From Callorhinchus milii (taxonomy: Eukaryota), in assembly GCF_018977255.1 (NCBI RefSeq), contig NW_024704743.1, positions 64,048,001 to 64,112,000 of the forward strand: DNA of 64,000 nucleotides, given 5' to 3'. The notes beneath the pieces were generated by a model. The model did no database searches and was not told the DNA's origin. It saw nothing but the letters and a program-made list of their open reading frames with translations. Shown piece by piece: positions 1 to 11,492 of this stretch; within the stretch, counting starts at the first letter, position 1; each line of letters opens with the position of its first letter. The position numbers were made by a program, and so were the translations under genes.

Positions 1-762
1 AAAGCCAGTCAGGAACCTGGGTGTCTTGTTTGACCCTGAACTATCCTTTCTCCTCCACATTCGCACCATGACCAGCACTGCCTACTACCACCTCCACAGC
101 ATTGCCAGACTCCGCCACTGCCTCACCCCTCAGGCCACCGAAATCCTCACCAACGCATTCGTCACATCAAGGCACGATTACGGAAACTCCCTCCTCATCG
201 GCCTTCCCAACTCTTCCCTTCACAAGCTGCAGATCATCCAAAACTCTGCAGCTCGTGTACTCTTGCGCACCAGACTCCGTGACTCCATCACTCCCACCCT
301 CACCCGACTCCACTGGCTCCCCATCCCCCAGAGGATCGAGTTCAAGATCCTAGTCCTCACTTTCAAGGCCATCCATGTCCTTGCCCCCTCCTTACCTCCC
401 TGACCTGCTGACTCCCTACCAATTTGCCCTCTCCCTGCATTCAGCGGGCTCCGGTCTGGTTCATGTCTCCCGTCCAACCCGCCCTACCATCGGTGGCCGG
501 GCTTTCAGCCTCTCTGTCCCGACACTCTGAAACTCCATCCCACAGTCCCATCACCTCTCTTCCTCCCTTACCTCCTTCAAGGCCGGTCTCAAGACCCTTC
601 TCTTCAATCGTGCCTTTGTCGCCCTCCCACCTCTCTGCCTTCCCTCACCCCTATCCCACCCTTCCCCCATGCTCGGGTCCCGACACGTGACTGTTCAGCG
701 CTTTGGGACGTCCTCCCGACATGAAAGGTGCTCTATAAATGTAATTTTGTGGTGTTGGTTGT
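1..762 (+). mobile_element. L2-clade LINE, 3' end (ORF2 C-terminus, 3' stem-loop tail, GTT-rich end)
   Basis: ORF 26-403 reads FVTSRHDYGNSLLIGLP..LQIIQNSAAR..LHWLPIPQRIEFKILVLTFKA, typical of the L2 ORF2 C-terminus. Tail is AGCGCTTTGGGACGTCCTCCCGACATGAAAGGTGCT followed by TTG repeats. Confidence 0.93.
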
Positions 763-950
763 TGCATTTGATATAGGGCCTTATCACATCTTCGAGACGT
801 CTCAAAGCCCTTCACAGAATATGCTATAAAGTGAATTGACTGTATATTTGTGGGTGAATCACAGCAGCCAATTGCGCACAGCAATGTCCCACAAACAGTC
901 GTGGATTGAGTGACCAATTTATTATTATTTTTAAAAGGGATTATAAGGGA
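763..950 (-). mobile_element. tRNA-Ala SINE family A, 3' half
   Basis: Reverse complement matches the body and tail of the full copy at 49495-49869. Fused tail-to-tail with the L2 at 1-762. Confidence 0.9.
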
Positions 951-1117
951 TAATACCAATAACATTTCTTTACTAACAAAACTCAAATAGACTTTCATTC
1001 CAATTATTTATTTGCCATACAATTTGAAACTTTGGAATTGACTCAATGATAGACCAACAAATTGATAAGTGCTGTTTAGTGTTGAAGTCTAGGACTAGAA
1101 TTTTAATCTGCCCAATT

Positions 1118-1363
1118 TAAATCCTTGCATCACCTTCAAGGCCCTCCACGGCCTTGCTCCTTCCTACCTCTGTGACCTGCTAACCCCTTATCAACCTGTC
1201 CACTCCCTCCGCTCAGCAGGCTCCAGCCTGCTCCATATCCCCTGCTCAGCCCGTCGGCAGTCGAGCCTTCAGCATCTCTACCCCCACCCTCTGGAACTCC
1301 ATCCCACATTCCCTTCGCCTCGCACCCTCCCTTGCCTCCTTCAAGGCACGTCTCAAGACCCTC
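1118..1363 (+). mobile_element. L2 LINE 3' fragment
   Basis: Reads FKILCITFKALHGLAPSYLCDLL-like and ..LWNSIPHSLRLAPSLASFKARLKT; homologous to the 1-762 fragment. Confidence 0.85.
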
Positions 1364-2394
1364 ATAATAATAATCCTTACAGTTAATATTAGCAACTTAT
1401 CACATCATCTCAAAGTGCTTCACAGAATTTTTACTATAAAGTGTAGTGACTTTGTTTGTTGGCAATCCCTGAGTCTCAAAGAGACTCGAGAATCTCCCAA
1501 GAACATTCACAAGTTCCCACATCTCCACTGTTCAAACCTAGCCTCTTTCTTTCATAAATGCCATTCAATTTGAGCTGAGCCACTATCCTTGAATGAGCTT
1601 TGAAAGGCCTCTTTTGGTGCTTGAGCACGATTCTTGCTAAGCTGGAATCCAAGATAGTGGCTGCCAGAGCTTTACAGACATGTTTGGGCACTGCCATTAT
1701 TCAAAAGTAAGGCTGGGGGTAGTTCACACTATTTAATGCTGTTTCTTAACTAAGGGATGGAATGTGTTTAAGAATACCACAATTCTGACCTCTAAACTCT
1801 GTATTGGAGTTAATAGAATATTCTCAGAAGACTTTTGATCCTTCCTAACGTAAGGACTGAAAAAAACATGATTTTTCTATCATGTAATGTAGCTTTAATA
1901 ATCGTAGAATACAGCTGGTTGAATTCAGTTACAAGACTGGGATGTAATTGAACACATTGCTGATGTTGCCATAATGTTTACTTGGAAGGTTTGAATGATT
2001 TATATTCATCAGAAACCTTATTCTGTATTGTGTTTCAGCCTTTTAGCAACTTCCACACATTATACCTAGCTTATGTATAAGGTGTAATGCCTGGGAGTGT
2101 TCTTACAACTGTTACAGTAACCTTTGGTCTTGAGAATTCGAGCCTCTTGCCTCAACGTTCTGTATAGCCTAAAATAAATTTGTTTTTACGTTTCTTCAAA
2201 ATAATCTGCAGAAAAACTTGCACATTAGATAGTAGTCTTGTTTTGACATTTGACAATACTACCAACTGTGATACCATTGCTTATCTGTTGCACATGGGAT
2301 AAGTACATGGCAAGCCTTGAGTGAAGAAATTGTAGTAAATTATAGCAATATTATTTTTCACTGTTGACATTGAAAAGAAACACAGATGTCAGTG

Positions 2395-2930
2395 TCAACA
2401 GATTTGTTAAAGGAAAATCCTGTCCAACAAACCTGATAGTTTTTTGATGAAGTAACGGAGAGGGTGGATGAAGTTGGTGCAGTTGATGTACTTTATATGG
2501 ATTTTCAAAAGGCGTTTGATAAAGTGCCACATAAGAGACTTGTAAGCAAAGTAGAAGCCCAGGGTATTAAAGGGACAGTGGTAACATTGATACAGAACTG
2601 GCTGGGAGACAGAAAGCAGAGAGTGGTGGTGAACAGTTGTTTTTCTGACTGGAGGGAAGTGTGCAGTGGTGTCCCCCAGGGATCAGTATTGGGACCACTG
2701 CTGTTTTTGATCTATATAAATGACCTGGACTTAGGTATAGGGAGTACAATTTCTAAGTTTGCAGATGATACTAAGCTGGGAAAATAGTAAGCAGTGAGGA
2801 GAGGAGGATAGTAGCAGACTGCAAGAGGATATAGACAGACTGAAATGGGCAGACATGTGGCAGATGAAGTTTAATGTGGAGAAATGCAAAGTGATGGATT
2901 TTGGGAGGAAGAATGAGGAGAGGCAATAGC
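2395..2930 (+). mobile_element. CR1 LINE ORF2 reverse-transcriptase fragment
   Basis: ORF 2464-2787 contains [42 protein letters not shown]. Confidence 0.95.
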
Positions 2931-3530
2931 TTGAAGCAATGTTAACTAACCAAACAGGACACATAGGAGTTAAAGTTAAAATACTTGTGCTCTCATAGAA
3001 TTCAATAAAATATTTGGTAATATTTAATAAAACCTTTGTTTGGCTTAAAATACTTTCCTGCACAGCAGAGCATCAGCAGCGGCACATCTTCTCTCCCATT
3101 GCCGTTCTCATTGAAAGGGAAGGGGACCAATTAGTGGTGATTGACAGACTTGGAGGCACTTGTGAATATTTGGGCTCCAGCTATTCACAAGCAGCTCAGC
3201 TGTCAATCAATCATTTGACTCCTCCCATTCCCTCCCTTATTGTTTCCTGTTCCTCCGCCCTCTGATTGATTGACATCCCAACTCCAGCTGCTTGTAAATG
3301 GCTGGAGTCCGCTGTCAATCAATCTTAGACTCCTCTCATCTCCATCCTGGAGCCCCTCAAGACTGAATGGAGCCGTTCGAGACACAAAAGGCCCGATTGA
3401 GTACATTCAGCGGTGACCAGCGCGGCATTTTGACAAGATTAACCAGATCTTTGTTTGAATCAACTGACATATTTAAAACAGGTAAGAATACAAATAAATC
3501 GGGGCCGGGCATTTTGTTTGATTTACCTGG
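2931..3530. mobile_element. Putative non-autonomous DNA transposon remnant (Kolobok/Harbinger-like internal inverted repeats)
   Basis: Repeated TGATTGACA/CTGTCAATCA motifs in both orientations, an imperfect ~40-45-bp inverted repeat, local CpG retention and CAGGTAAG at 3479. No clean terminal inverted repeats found. Confidence 0.4.
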
Positions 3531-3589
3531 CGTCTGGGGTTAACCGGCGTCCGCCTAAAGTGGATTCCACTGTATTATCAAAAAATCTC

Positions 3590-3778
3590 AAAACACTCTG
3601 CAGATAATTGATAACATGTAATTTTGTAGGTAATTCCAGCAAATGTTTGCATTTTAATATCCAACAAACAGCCATGAAGTGAATGACCAATTTATCTGAA
3701 GGATGTTGGTCAAACCACTGGGAGAAAATCAACGAGCATTATGGGATCTTTAATGTCCATTTCAACAGGCAGACGCGA
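3590..3778 (-). mobile_element. DeuSINE (family B) fragment
   Basis: GGGATCTTTAATGTCCATTTCAACAGGCAGAC is the reverse complement of the Deu-core seen in other copies. Confidence 0.7.
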
Positions 3779-3799
3779 CATCATAGAATCATAGAATTA

Positions 3800-4135
3800 T
3801 ACAACAACAACAACAAGATTCCATTTATAAAGCGCCTTTCACGTCAGGAGGACGTCCCAAGGCGCTGCACAGTTGGGTCATGACCCGAGCAGGGGGGAAA
3901 TGGTCAGGGTGAGGGGAGGGGAGGGAGGGAGAGAGGAGGGGGGAAATGGTCAGGGTGAAGGGAGGGAAGGGAGGGAGCGAGGAGGGGGAAGAGAGTCGAG
4001 AGGGGAGCTGAAGGCACGGTCAAAGAGAAAGGTTTTGAGACCGGCCTTGAAGGAGGAAAGGGAGGAGGCGGCGAAGGCACTGGGGGATGGAGTTCCAGAG
4101 CCTCGGGGCTGAGAGGCTGAAGGCCCGACCACCGA
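3800..4135 (-). mobile_element. L2 LINE 3' end
   Basis: (CAA)n start, then AGCGCCTTTCACGTCAGGAGGACGTCCCAAGGCGCT. ORF 3950-4132 includes LSSFKAGLKTFLFDRAF. Confidence 0.9.
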
Positions 4136-4179
4136 AAAAATGTCTCCTCACCTCGGTTTCTTTTAATAACTATTTTAAA

Positions 4180-7040
4180 TCAATGCCCTCGGGTTACAGA
4201 CCCACCCGCCAGTGGAAATAGTTTCTCCTTGTTCACCCTATCGAATCTCCTCATAATTTTGAAAACTTCTATTAAGTCTCCTCTTAACCTTCTCTGTTCC
4301 AAGGAGAATAATCCTAGCATCTCTAGTCTCTCCTGATAACTGAAGTCCCTCATTTCTGGTACCATCCTGGCAAATCTCCTTTGCATCTTCTCCAATGCCT
4401 TGACATCCTTCCTAAAGTGTGGTGCCCAGAACTGAACAGAGTCTCTCGCTGAGGCTTAACCAGTGTTTTCTAAAGGTTCATCATAACTTCCTGACTTTTG
4501 TATTCTATGCCCCTATTTATAAAGCCTAATCTCTCATATGCTTTTTTAAAAGCTTTATCTACCTGTCCTGCCAGCTTCAAAGATTTGCTTATATGAACCC
4601 CCGGGTCTCTCTGTTCCTTCATCTCATTTAAGATTCTACCATCAGCTTATATTGCCTGTCCTCATTCTTCCTCCCAAAACACTCTGTTTTCTGTCTCCCA
4701 GCCAGTTCTGTATCAATGTTACCACTGTCCCTTTAATACCCTGGGCTTCTATTTTGCTTACAAGTCTCTTATGTGGCACTTTATCAAACGCCTTTTGAAA
4801 ATGCATATAACTGCACGACCTTCATCCACCCTCTCCATTACTTCATCAAAAAACTCTTATCAGGCTTTTAGACCCGATTTGCCTTTAACAAACTGGCTGT
4901 CCTTTATTAACCTGTATTTCTCTAAGTGAAAATGTATTTTGTCTCGGATTATAGTCTCTAGAAGTTTTCCCACTACTGATGTTAGGCTGACTGGCCTGTA
5001 GTTCCCGGGTTTATCCTTCTGCCCCTTTTTGTACAGGGGAGTACAATTTGCAATCCTTCAGTCCTCTGGCACCACCCAGGAGGTCCAAGGAGGATTGAAA
5101 GATTGTGGCCAGATCCTCTTATTTCCACCCTTACTTCCCTCAGTAACCTAGAATGCATCCTGTCTAGAATGAGTGACTTATCTACCTTAAGCACCATCTA
5201 TCTTTTTAGTACCTCCTCTTGGTTTATTCGTATCTTATCCAATTTCTCTATCCTCTCCTCCGATACTGTGGCATTGGCTGCATTCTCTTCTTTTGTGAAG
5301 ACAGATGCAAAGACTTAATTCAGTACGTCAGCCATGCCCCCTACCTCCACAAGAAGATTTCCTCTTTGGTCCCTAATTGGACCCACCCTACCTTTGACTA
5401 ACTTTTTATTCTTTATATGCTTGTAAAATACCTTAGTGTTCCCTTTTATGTTACCCGTTAATCTTTTCTCACACAATCTCTTTGGGCCTCTTATTTCATT
5501 TTTCAGTTCTCCTCTGTACTTTCTATATTCTATTTGATTATCTACTGTATTTTGGACCTGCCATTTGTCATAAGCCTCCTTTTTGTGTTTTATTTTAATC
5601 CCAATTTCCTTATTCATCCAGGAAGGTTTGGATGCCTTAGCTTTCCCCTTTGTGGGAATGTATTTGTTCTGTCCCCGAACTATCTCCTCCTTGAAGGTTT
5701 CCCATTGCTCGTTAGTTGTTTAACCTGTCGATCTTTCTTTCCAGTCCACCTTGGCTAGGTCCCTTTTTAACTCACTGAAATCAGTCCTCTTCCAGTTGGG
5801 TATCTTCACCTTTGATTGTTCCTTGTCCCTTTCCATAAGTACTCTAAACCTAATGTTGTTGTGATCACTGTTGTCCAGATGCTCTCCTACTGAAACCTGC
5901 TCCATTTGCCCCACTTCATTCCACAGAACTAGATGCAGCACTGCTGCCTTCTTCGTTGGGCTGGGCACATACTGATCCAGAAAGTTATCCTGCGCACATT
6001 TCAGGAATCCTTCCCCCTCCTTGCCCTTTACACTGTTATTTCCCAGTCTAGGTTAGGATAATTGTCCCCCATTATCACTACTCTATTGGTTTTGCATTTT
6101 TCTGAAATCTGCTTGTAGATTTGCTCATCTATCTCCTTCCCACTATTTGGTGGTCTTAACAGAATACCAGCTCCTTAACTAACCAAATAGATTCTGTTTT
6201 TGGACCCTCTAGCACATCGTTCCTTTCCAGGGCTGTAACTGTGTCTTTAATCAATATTGCCACCCATCCCTCCTTTTTTTTCTTCCCTATCCCTCCTGAA
6301 TAAATTCCAGGAATATTCAGCTCCCATACCTGCCCTTATTTGAGCCAGGTTTCCATTATTGCCACTGCATCATAATCTCATGTGGCAACTTGAGCCCTCA
6401 GCTCACCAATCTTATTTGTCACACTCTGTGCTTTTGTACACATACACTCCAAGACTGACAGAGTCTGCTCTGCATTTCTCCCCTATCTAGTTCATCCTTT
6501 TCATGGATTACTCCTTATTGCATTGCTATTAGTCTCTCCCAGCCCTCTGTGTAACTTATTTCTCCTCTCTGATGCTACATCCTGATTCCCTTCCCTCCTT
6601 GAAATTATTTTAAACCTGTCCCCACAGCACGAGTTAACCTCCCTGCCAGGACATTGTTCCAAGCCCTGTTCAGGTGTCATCCATCCACCTTGTACACGTC
6701 CCACCTGCCCCAGAAATTGTCCCATTGTTCAAGGAACCTGAAGTCTTCCTTTCTGCACCATTTCTCCAGCCATGTGTTCATGTGTTTGATCCTATTGTTT
6801 TGCTACTCACTTGCACGAGGCACTGGGAGTAGTAATCCAGAGATCACCACCTTTGAGATCCTACTTTTTAGCTTTTTCCCTAGCTTCTGATAACTCTCCC
6901 TGTAGGATCTCAGCCTTTTTTTTCCCTACGTCATGGATCCGAACATGGACCACAACTTCTGGATGTTCCCCTGTAGAATGTTTTGCACCCGTTCTGTGAT
7001 GTCTTCAACCCTGGCACCAGGGAGACAACATACCATGTGA
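4180..7040 (-). mobile_element. CR1 LINE, ~2.9 kb decayed copy: ORF1 esterase C-part, ORF2 endonuclease and RT with internal deletions
   Basis: Near 7035 the minus strand reads MVCCLPGARVEDITERVQ (CR1 ORF1 SGNH-esterase). Endonuclease segment includes DLVL..VGEHLDNSDHN-like text (ORF 5720-5968). ORF 5315-5617 has NTKVFYKHIK. C-terminus LFSLEQRRLRGDLIEVFKIM..TRGH is in ORF 4180-4395. Confidence 0.95.
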
Positions 7041-7065
7041 TATCAGTTTGACATTTCAGCAAAAC

Positions 7066-7208
7066 AGCACCACACTGACAATGTAGCATTCCCTCAATAC
7101 TTCACTATAAACCTTCCTCAAGGAGGGTCAACCTTATTATCTATGTGCTCCAAGTCTGACATAGGCCTTAAACCCACAACCTTCTGACCCAAAGGTGAGT
7201 CGTACCAA
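7066..7208 (-). mobile_element. DeuSINE (family B) 5' part
   Basis: AAACCCACAACCTTCTGACCCAAAGGTGAG is the reverse complement of the family B tRNA head. Confidence 0.7.
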
Positions 7209-9869
7209 TCTTACATGTCATTCTCCGACCAAGAGGCTGGGGGGTGGGGGGGTTGAGTTTCAACTTGCTGCTCAGATGTCTGCCAAAGCCAGTCTTCAGT
7301 CGTAGCTAGGAGGTGCATGAGAAACTCTAATGTCCTCCTGACGTGAAAGGCACTTTACAAATGTAATTTTGTTGTAATATCTTCGTGTTTAGTGGCAAAA
7401 ATAATAGCTTCTGATTAGTGATTCTAACAGCTCAGTTGCAATTGAGCAATCATTAAGTGGGGAATAATGAGCAAGAATCTTTTTCCTATTGCAGGATTGC
7501 AGCACTGCAGAAAAAAACATTGTTATTAAATTAGAAGCATGATTATCTTCTTTTAGATCTTGCACTAGCACTGAGTTTGTGCGTGATCTTAAGTTGAGTG
7601 AGTATTCTTACCATTGACATTTTACGTCAGTGCAAATACATAGCTACAAGAATTGTGGAGACTACAGTTAGACTTATTTTTGTACTATTTAGTTCAACAG
7701 CATTTACAGTCCTATAATTCTTACAAGTTGGTATCCAGATTCTTTACATTAGCAAAAAATACAATTAAACATAAATGTTTTTAAAAAACATTAAATACAA
7801 ATCAATACCTAATATTTTTTAAAAATGTATGCCTTTCTTGTATGCCTCATACAGTGCATTCCATCCTAACTAGGCATGCGTATTAATGATCAAGTTAACT
7901 GCTGATTAGGACTAGCATTGAAATGCTCATCTTTAGGATTGATCATTTAAATTTTTCAGCATAGACATAGCTCATCAGAAATGTTATTTCCATGTTTGGT
8001 AATAAGGTGGTAAATCTGTCTTTATAATAGCTAAAAAGGAGGCAGGAAAATTTCTCCATTTTATAGAATTTGGATTTCATCTGAACTATTGATCAGATTA
8101 GAGCACTGCCTTCTAACCATTCCTGATGTCCATTTTGACATTTAGATACTTTTGACCCCACTTTCAGCCGTCTTTCCCCTCCCAACCATATTGGCTCCCT
8201 CCCTCAGTTTGGGTGCCCAGCCTGTACTGTTAAGTACTTTGGAATGTCCTCCTGACACGAAGCGCCCTATATAAATGTAAATTTATATTTTATTGGTTAT
8301 GTAATACTACAATATTATTCATATTTTAATTGCACCACATGGAATAGCTTACTTAACCCTGCCTTTTTTTGTTATTCTTTAATGTGACATGCAGTCATTC
8401 TCAAAACATTAGCTGCTTTATTTAATGCTATCATTTACTTTCTTGTAACATAAACATCTATTTAAAGGCTTGAATTTCCCAAGAGAAAGATTTTTTTTAA
8501 CCGAGGACCTAATGGTGCAGACTCACAAAGTTTTGTTATTTAATTATGCTGTCAAGATATCGATGGGAATGGAGACAGCAATTCTGCACCTGCTTCTCTT
8601 GAAAAGAGGCCTGTTTTGAACTCTGCCCTACTCTGTGCTCACTGCTAAATGCTGATGTAAAAACAAAGCATTCTTGGTCAAATAATATGTATATCTGACA
8701 CTTAGAAATTACATCCATTTGTTATTGCTTCAGTGGAAACGAAAGCAATCCTTTCCACACCGTGATCTTCCCTATGTATCAAATCTACCGACAGCTGATT
8801 GTGTTAGAATTTTTAAAGGCATCATGTCAAAAATATTACCATCAGAGCTAGTGCTTGTATTCTGGGAGCATCTTGATTAAAACCTGATTCTTAGCAAGAG
8901 CAAAGGAATTTGTTGCAGAGATTAAAGCTACAATCCTTAGGGAGATGTGTTGCTTCCTTCAAATCTTGGCATGTAGCCAAGAGCTGCAAATCGCAACTGA
9001 ATAAAAATTCTTGCCTTCATTTACAAATAAACTAAAATATTGATAACAAATATTTGTTCAGTAAGCCAGTTACTCTTATTGATTTCATGTTTACTGTTAT
9101 TGCTTCCAAAAAAATCAAATAATTTCAGAAAACGAACAATTAGTTTACTAGCTTAAATATTCAACCCTGATTAAGCAGTCTCTTTCCTTTTAATATTCAG
9201 TCCTTTGATTTCTATGATATACTGAAAACTATCTCCTGACATTACAGCAAGTGTTGTAAGTTCACTAGGAAAACACTTAAATATTAATCTTTATTGACAT
9301 GTCAATGTGATACAATTACTTTATGTTTCAACCTTTTGCGAGTAACAGCTGCTTTGTGTTCCGGTTTATGATTATAGTTAAATAGTTTTTTCAGGCTGCA
9401 ACAATGTTATTGGCAAAGAATTAAGAATAAGGTACTTATTTTCATTTACTGAATGTCGACTATATCTCAAAATGGCTACCACTTTGGATCAAATTATAGT
9501 TGACAGGTGTCAGTTTCCTCTATGAGGATGACAAGCAATATTGACATATCAAGGACCACAATATATTTTTCAGATGAATGTTCTAGCAGCTATTTTCCTT
9601 TTACTGCACAGTAACCCATAGCAACACATTTTTTTCTTTGGGGATTTGCAGATTTGACACATCATTAATACATGAATTCAGGAAGGAAGGCTGCAGAGCT
9701 GAAGATTGGCTTGTGGATTTAGTTAATGCAAATGGCAAAGGAATACAAGGATTGGCACAAATTTATTTTTAATTCTCTCTGGACCTTTGAGAATAAAAAC
9801 TTAATTTAGAAGTGCTTCAATCTCTCAGATAAAAAATTGTATTTGTTATCAATCTCCCAGATAAAAAAG

Positions 9870-10005
9870 ATCACTGTTTGTGGAACATTGTTGTTCAGAA
9901 ATTGGCACCCACATTCACCTATAGTCACTACACTTTACAGAAAAGCTCGGCGCAGTACTTTGAGATGTTTCACATGATAAGGCGCCATATCAATGCAAGG
10001 ATTAT
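9870..10005 (+). mobile_element. SINE 3' tail fragment
   Basis: CTGTTTGTGGAACATTG..GATAAGGCGCCATATCAATGCAAGGATTATT. Confidence 0.75.
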
Positions 10006-10299
10006 TTTTTTTCATCAGCTAGATATCTGACACATGTGGAAATCCATCGCCATGCTTAAGAATATCCAAACTAGACTGAATTAGCTTACCTAATACTGGA
10101 GAGTATTAGGCACATTTGTCAAGAGCCAGGGCTTGGAGACCCCATGGTATGAGTTGGGGTACTGCTGGAGTTTAACCAGCTACAACTGCAGTTTTCCATT
10201 GAAAGCACTGTATGACAAGCATCTCTGATGCTTGTCCAGCAAGGACCACCTTACCTGTTGGGGCTTTGGCTTGCAGGATAAGCAGGAGCTGAGTGGGAC

Positions 10300-10415
10300 G
10301 AGTCCTCGTCCCCAGTCTGCCCCTCCAGCCAATAAGCCAGAGTGTCGGGTCTGGTTCAAGCGCTCCGAGATGCTACCCTGCATGGAGGGTACTATATAAA
10401 TGCAAGTTGTTGTTC
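10300..10415 (+). mobile_element. L2 3' tail (second tail type)
   Basis: AGCGCTCCGAGATGCTACCCTGCATGGAGGGTACTATATAAATGCAAGTTGTTGTT. Confidence 0.7.
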
Positions 10416-11269
10416 TGGTCTGTCATCAGCATTGGCCTGGGTATTTATCTTGTGAAGCGCTTTGGGACATCCTCCTGATGTGATTTAAGGATTATTGTTA
10501 TTGTGATGATGTTATTAAAGTTTAGGTCGCTTTGTAGAGGTACTTTCTAAATGGTTTTCAATGATGGGTCAGCCAGACCAATAACACTGCCATGTTACAC
10601 TTGAAAGGTTATTTTTCTCAGTATATTTGAACTTCTTAAAATAACTACTATCTGCAAGAGGTGGATGTTTTGTGCACTGGGTATCTTGTAAAGCCATTTC
10701 TGAATTGTCTTATGAACAGTCCCATTACACCAATGATTATACGAACTATGCTTGTCTTGTACGGCCACATTCATCTGCATTCAATTTATAGGTCAATGAA
10801 CCTCTGATTTTCTCCAGTTTCTAATTTTGTATGTTGTATTCACATGGAACGGCCACATCAATGATACTGCATATACAATCTAGGTGGCTTATTATTGTTA
10901 TTATTACGAACTCGCCTGGCTCAGGAACCAGACTACCAAGATAACCACAGAGAGTTGACTGGTTTCCAACATTCCGTTATCAAGCATGTAACCTTGGAGT
11001 CAGACATACATCAGTGTCCAGTACAATAGAAAAGTATTTTCACAAATGGATTCATCTAAGATGTAAGATATTTAGGGTCAGAAATTCCACCAGTAAGACT
11101 GTAAGACTATTTTCTCCTAAAATTTATGATTGCACAGAATTATGGAAAATTCTTAAATGCAGTCTTGATTTAGAAGAAACACAGAAAACCAACATCTCAA
11201 TTAAGACTTACTTTAAAAATTCTCCACAATTCCGAGTGACCTTAAATTTTAAGACAACATAGTCTTAAA

Positions 11270-11492
11270 GGATAAGACTATGGCACTATTTGAAAAGGGT
11301 AGTTTCTTTCTCAAAAAGTTCTGATAACAATCCTTCAGATAAAATTGTTCAATCACTTCATTGCTATTTGTGGAACATTGGTTGCACGTTTGCTTCCACA
11401 ATACACAACCCCTAAACTTTACAGTAAATCCTGTGAAGCACTTTGAGATGTCCTCTCGACATGAAATGCCCTATATCAGATGCAAGGATTAT
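11270..11492 (+). mobile_element. DeuSINE (family B) 3' part
   Basis: ATGGCACTATTTGAAAAGGG core followed by the GAAGCACTTTGAGATGTC..GCAAGGATTATT tail. Confidence 0.75.

Noticed and set aside
26..403. 125-aa ORF and other long ORFs (2464, 16623, 17452, 31757, 54847, 55348) as host genes
   Set aside because: They are frameshifted L2 or CR1 ORF2 fragments.
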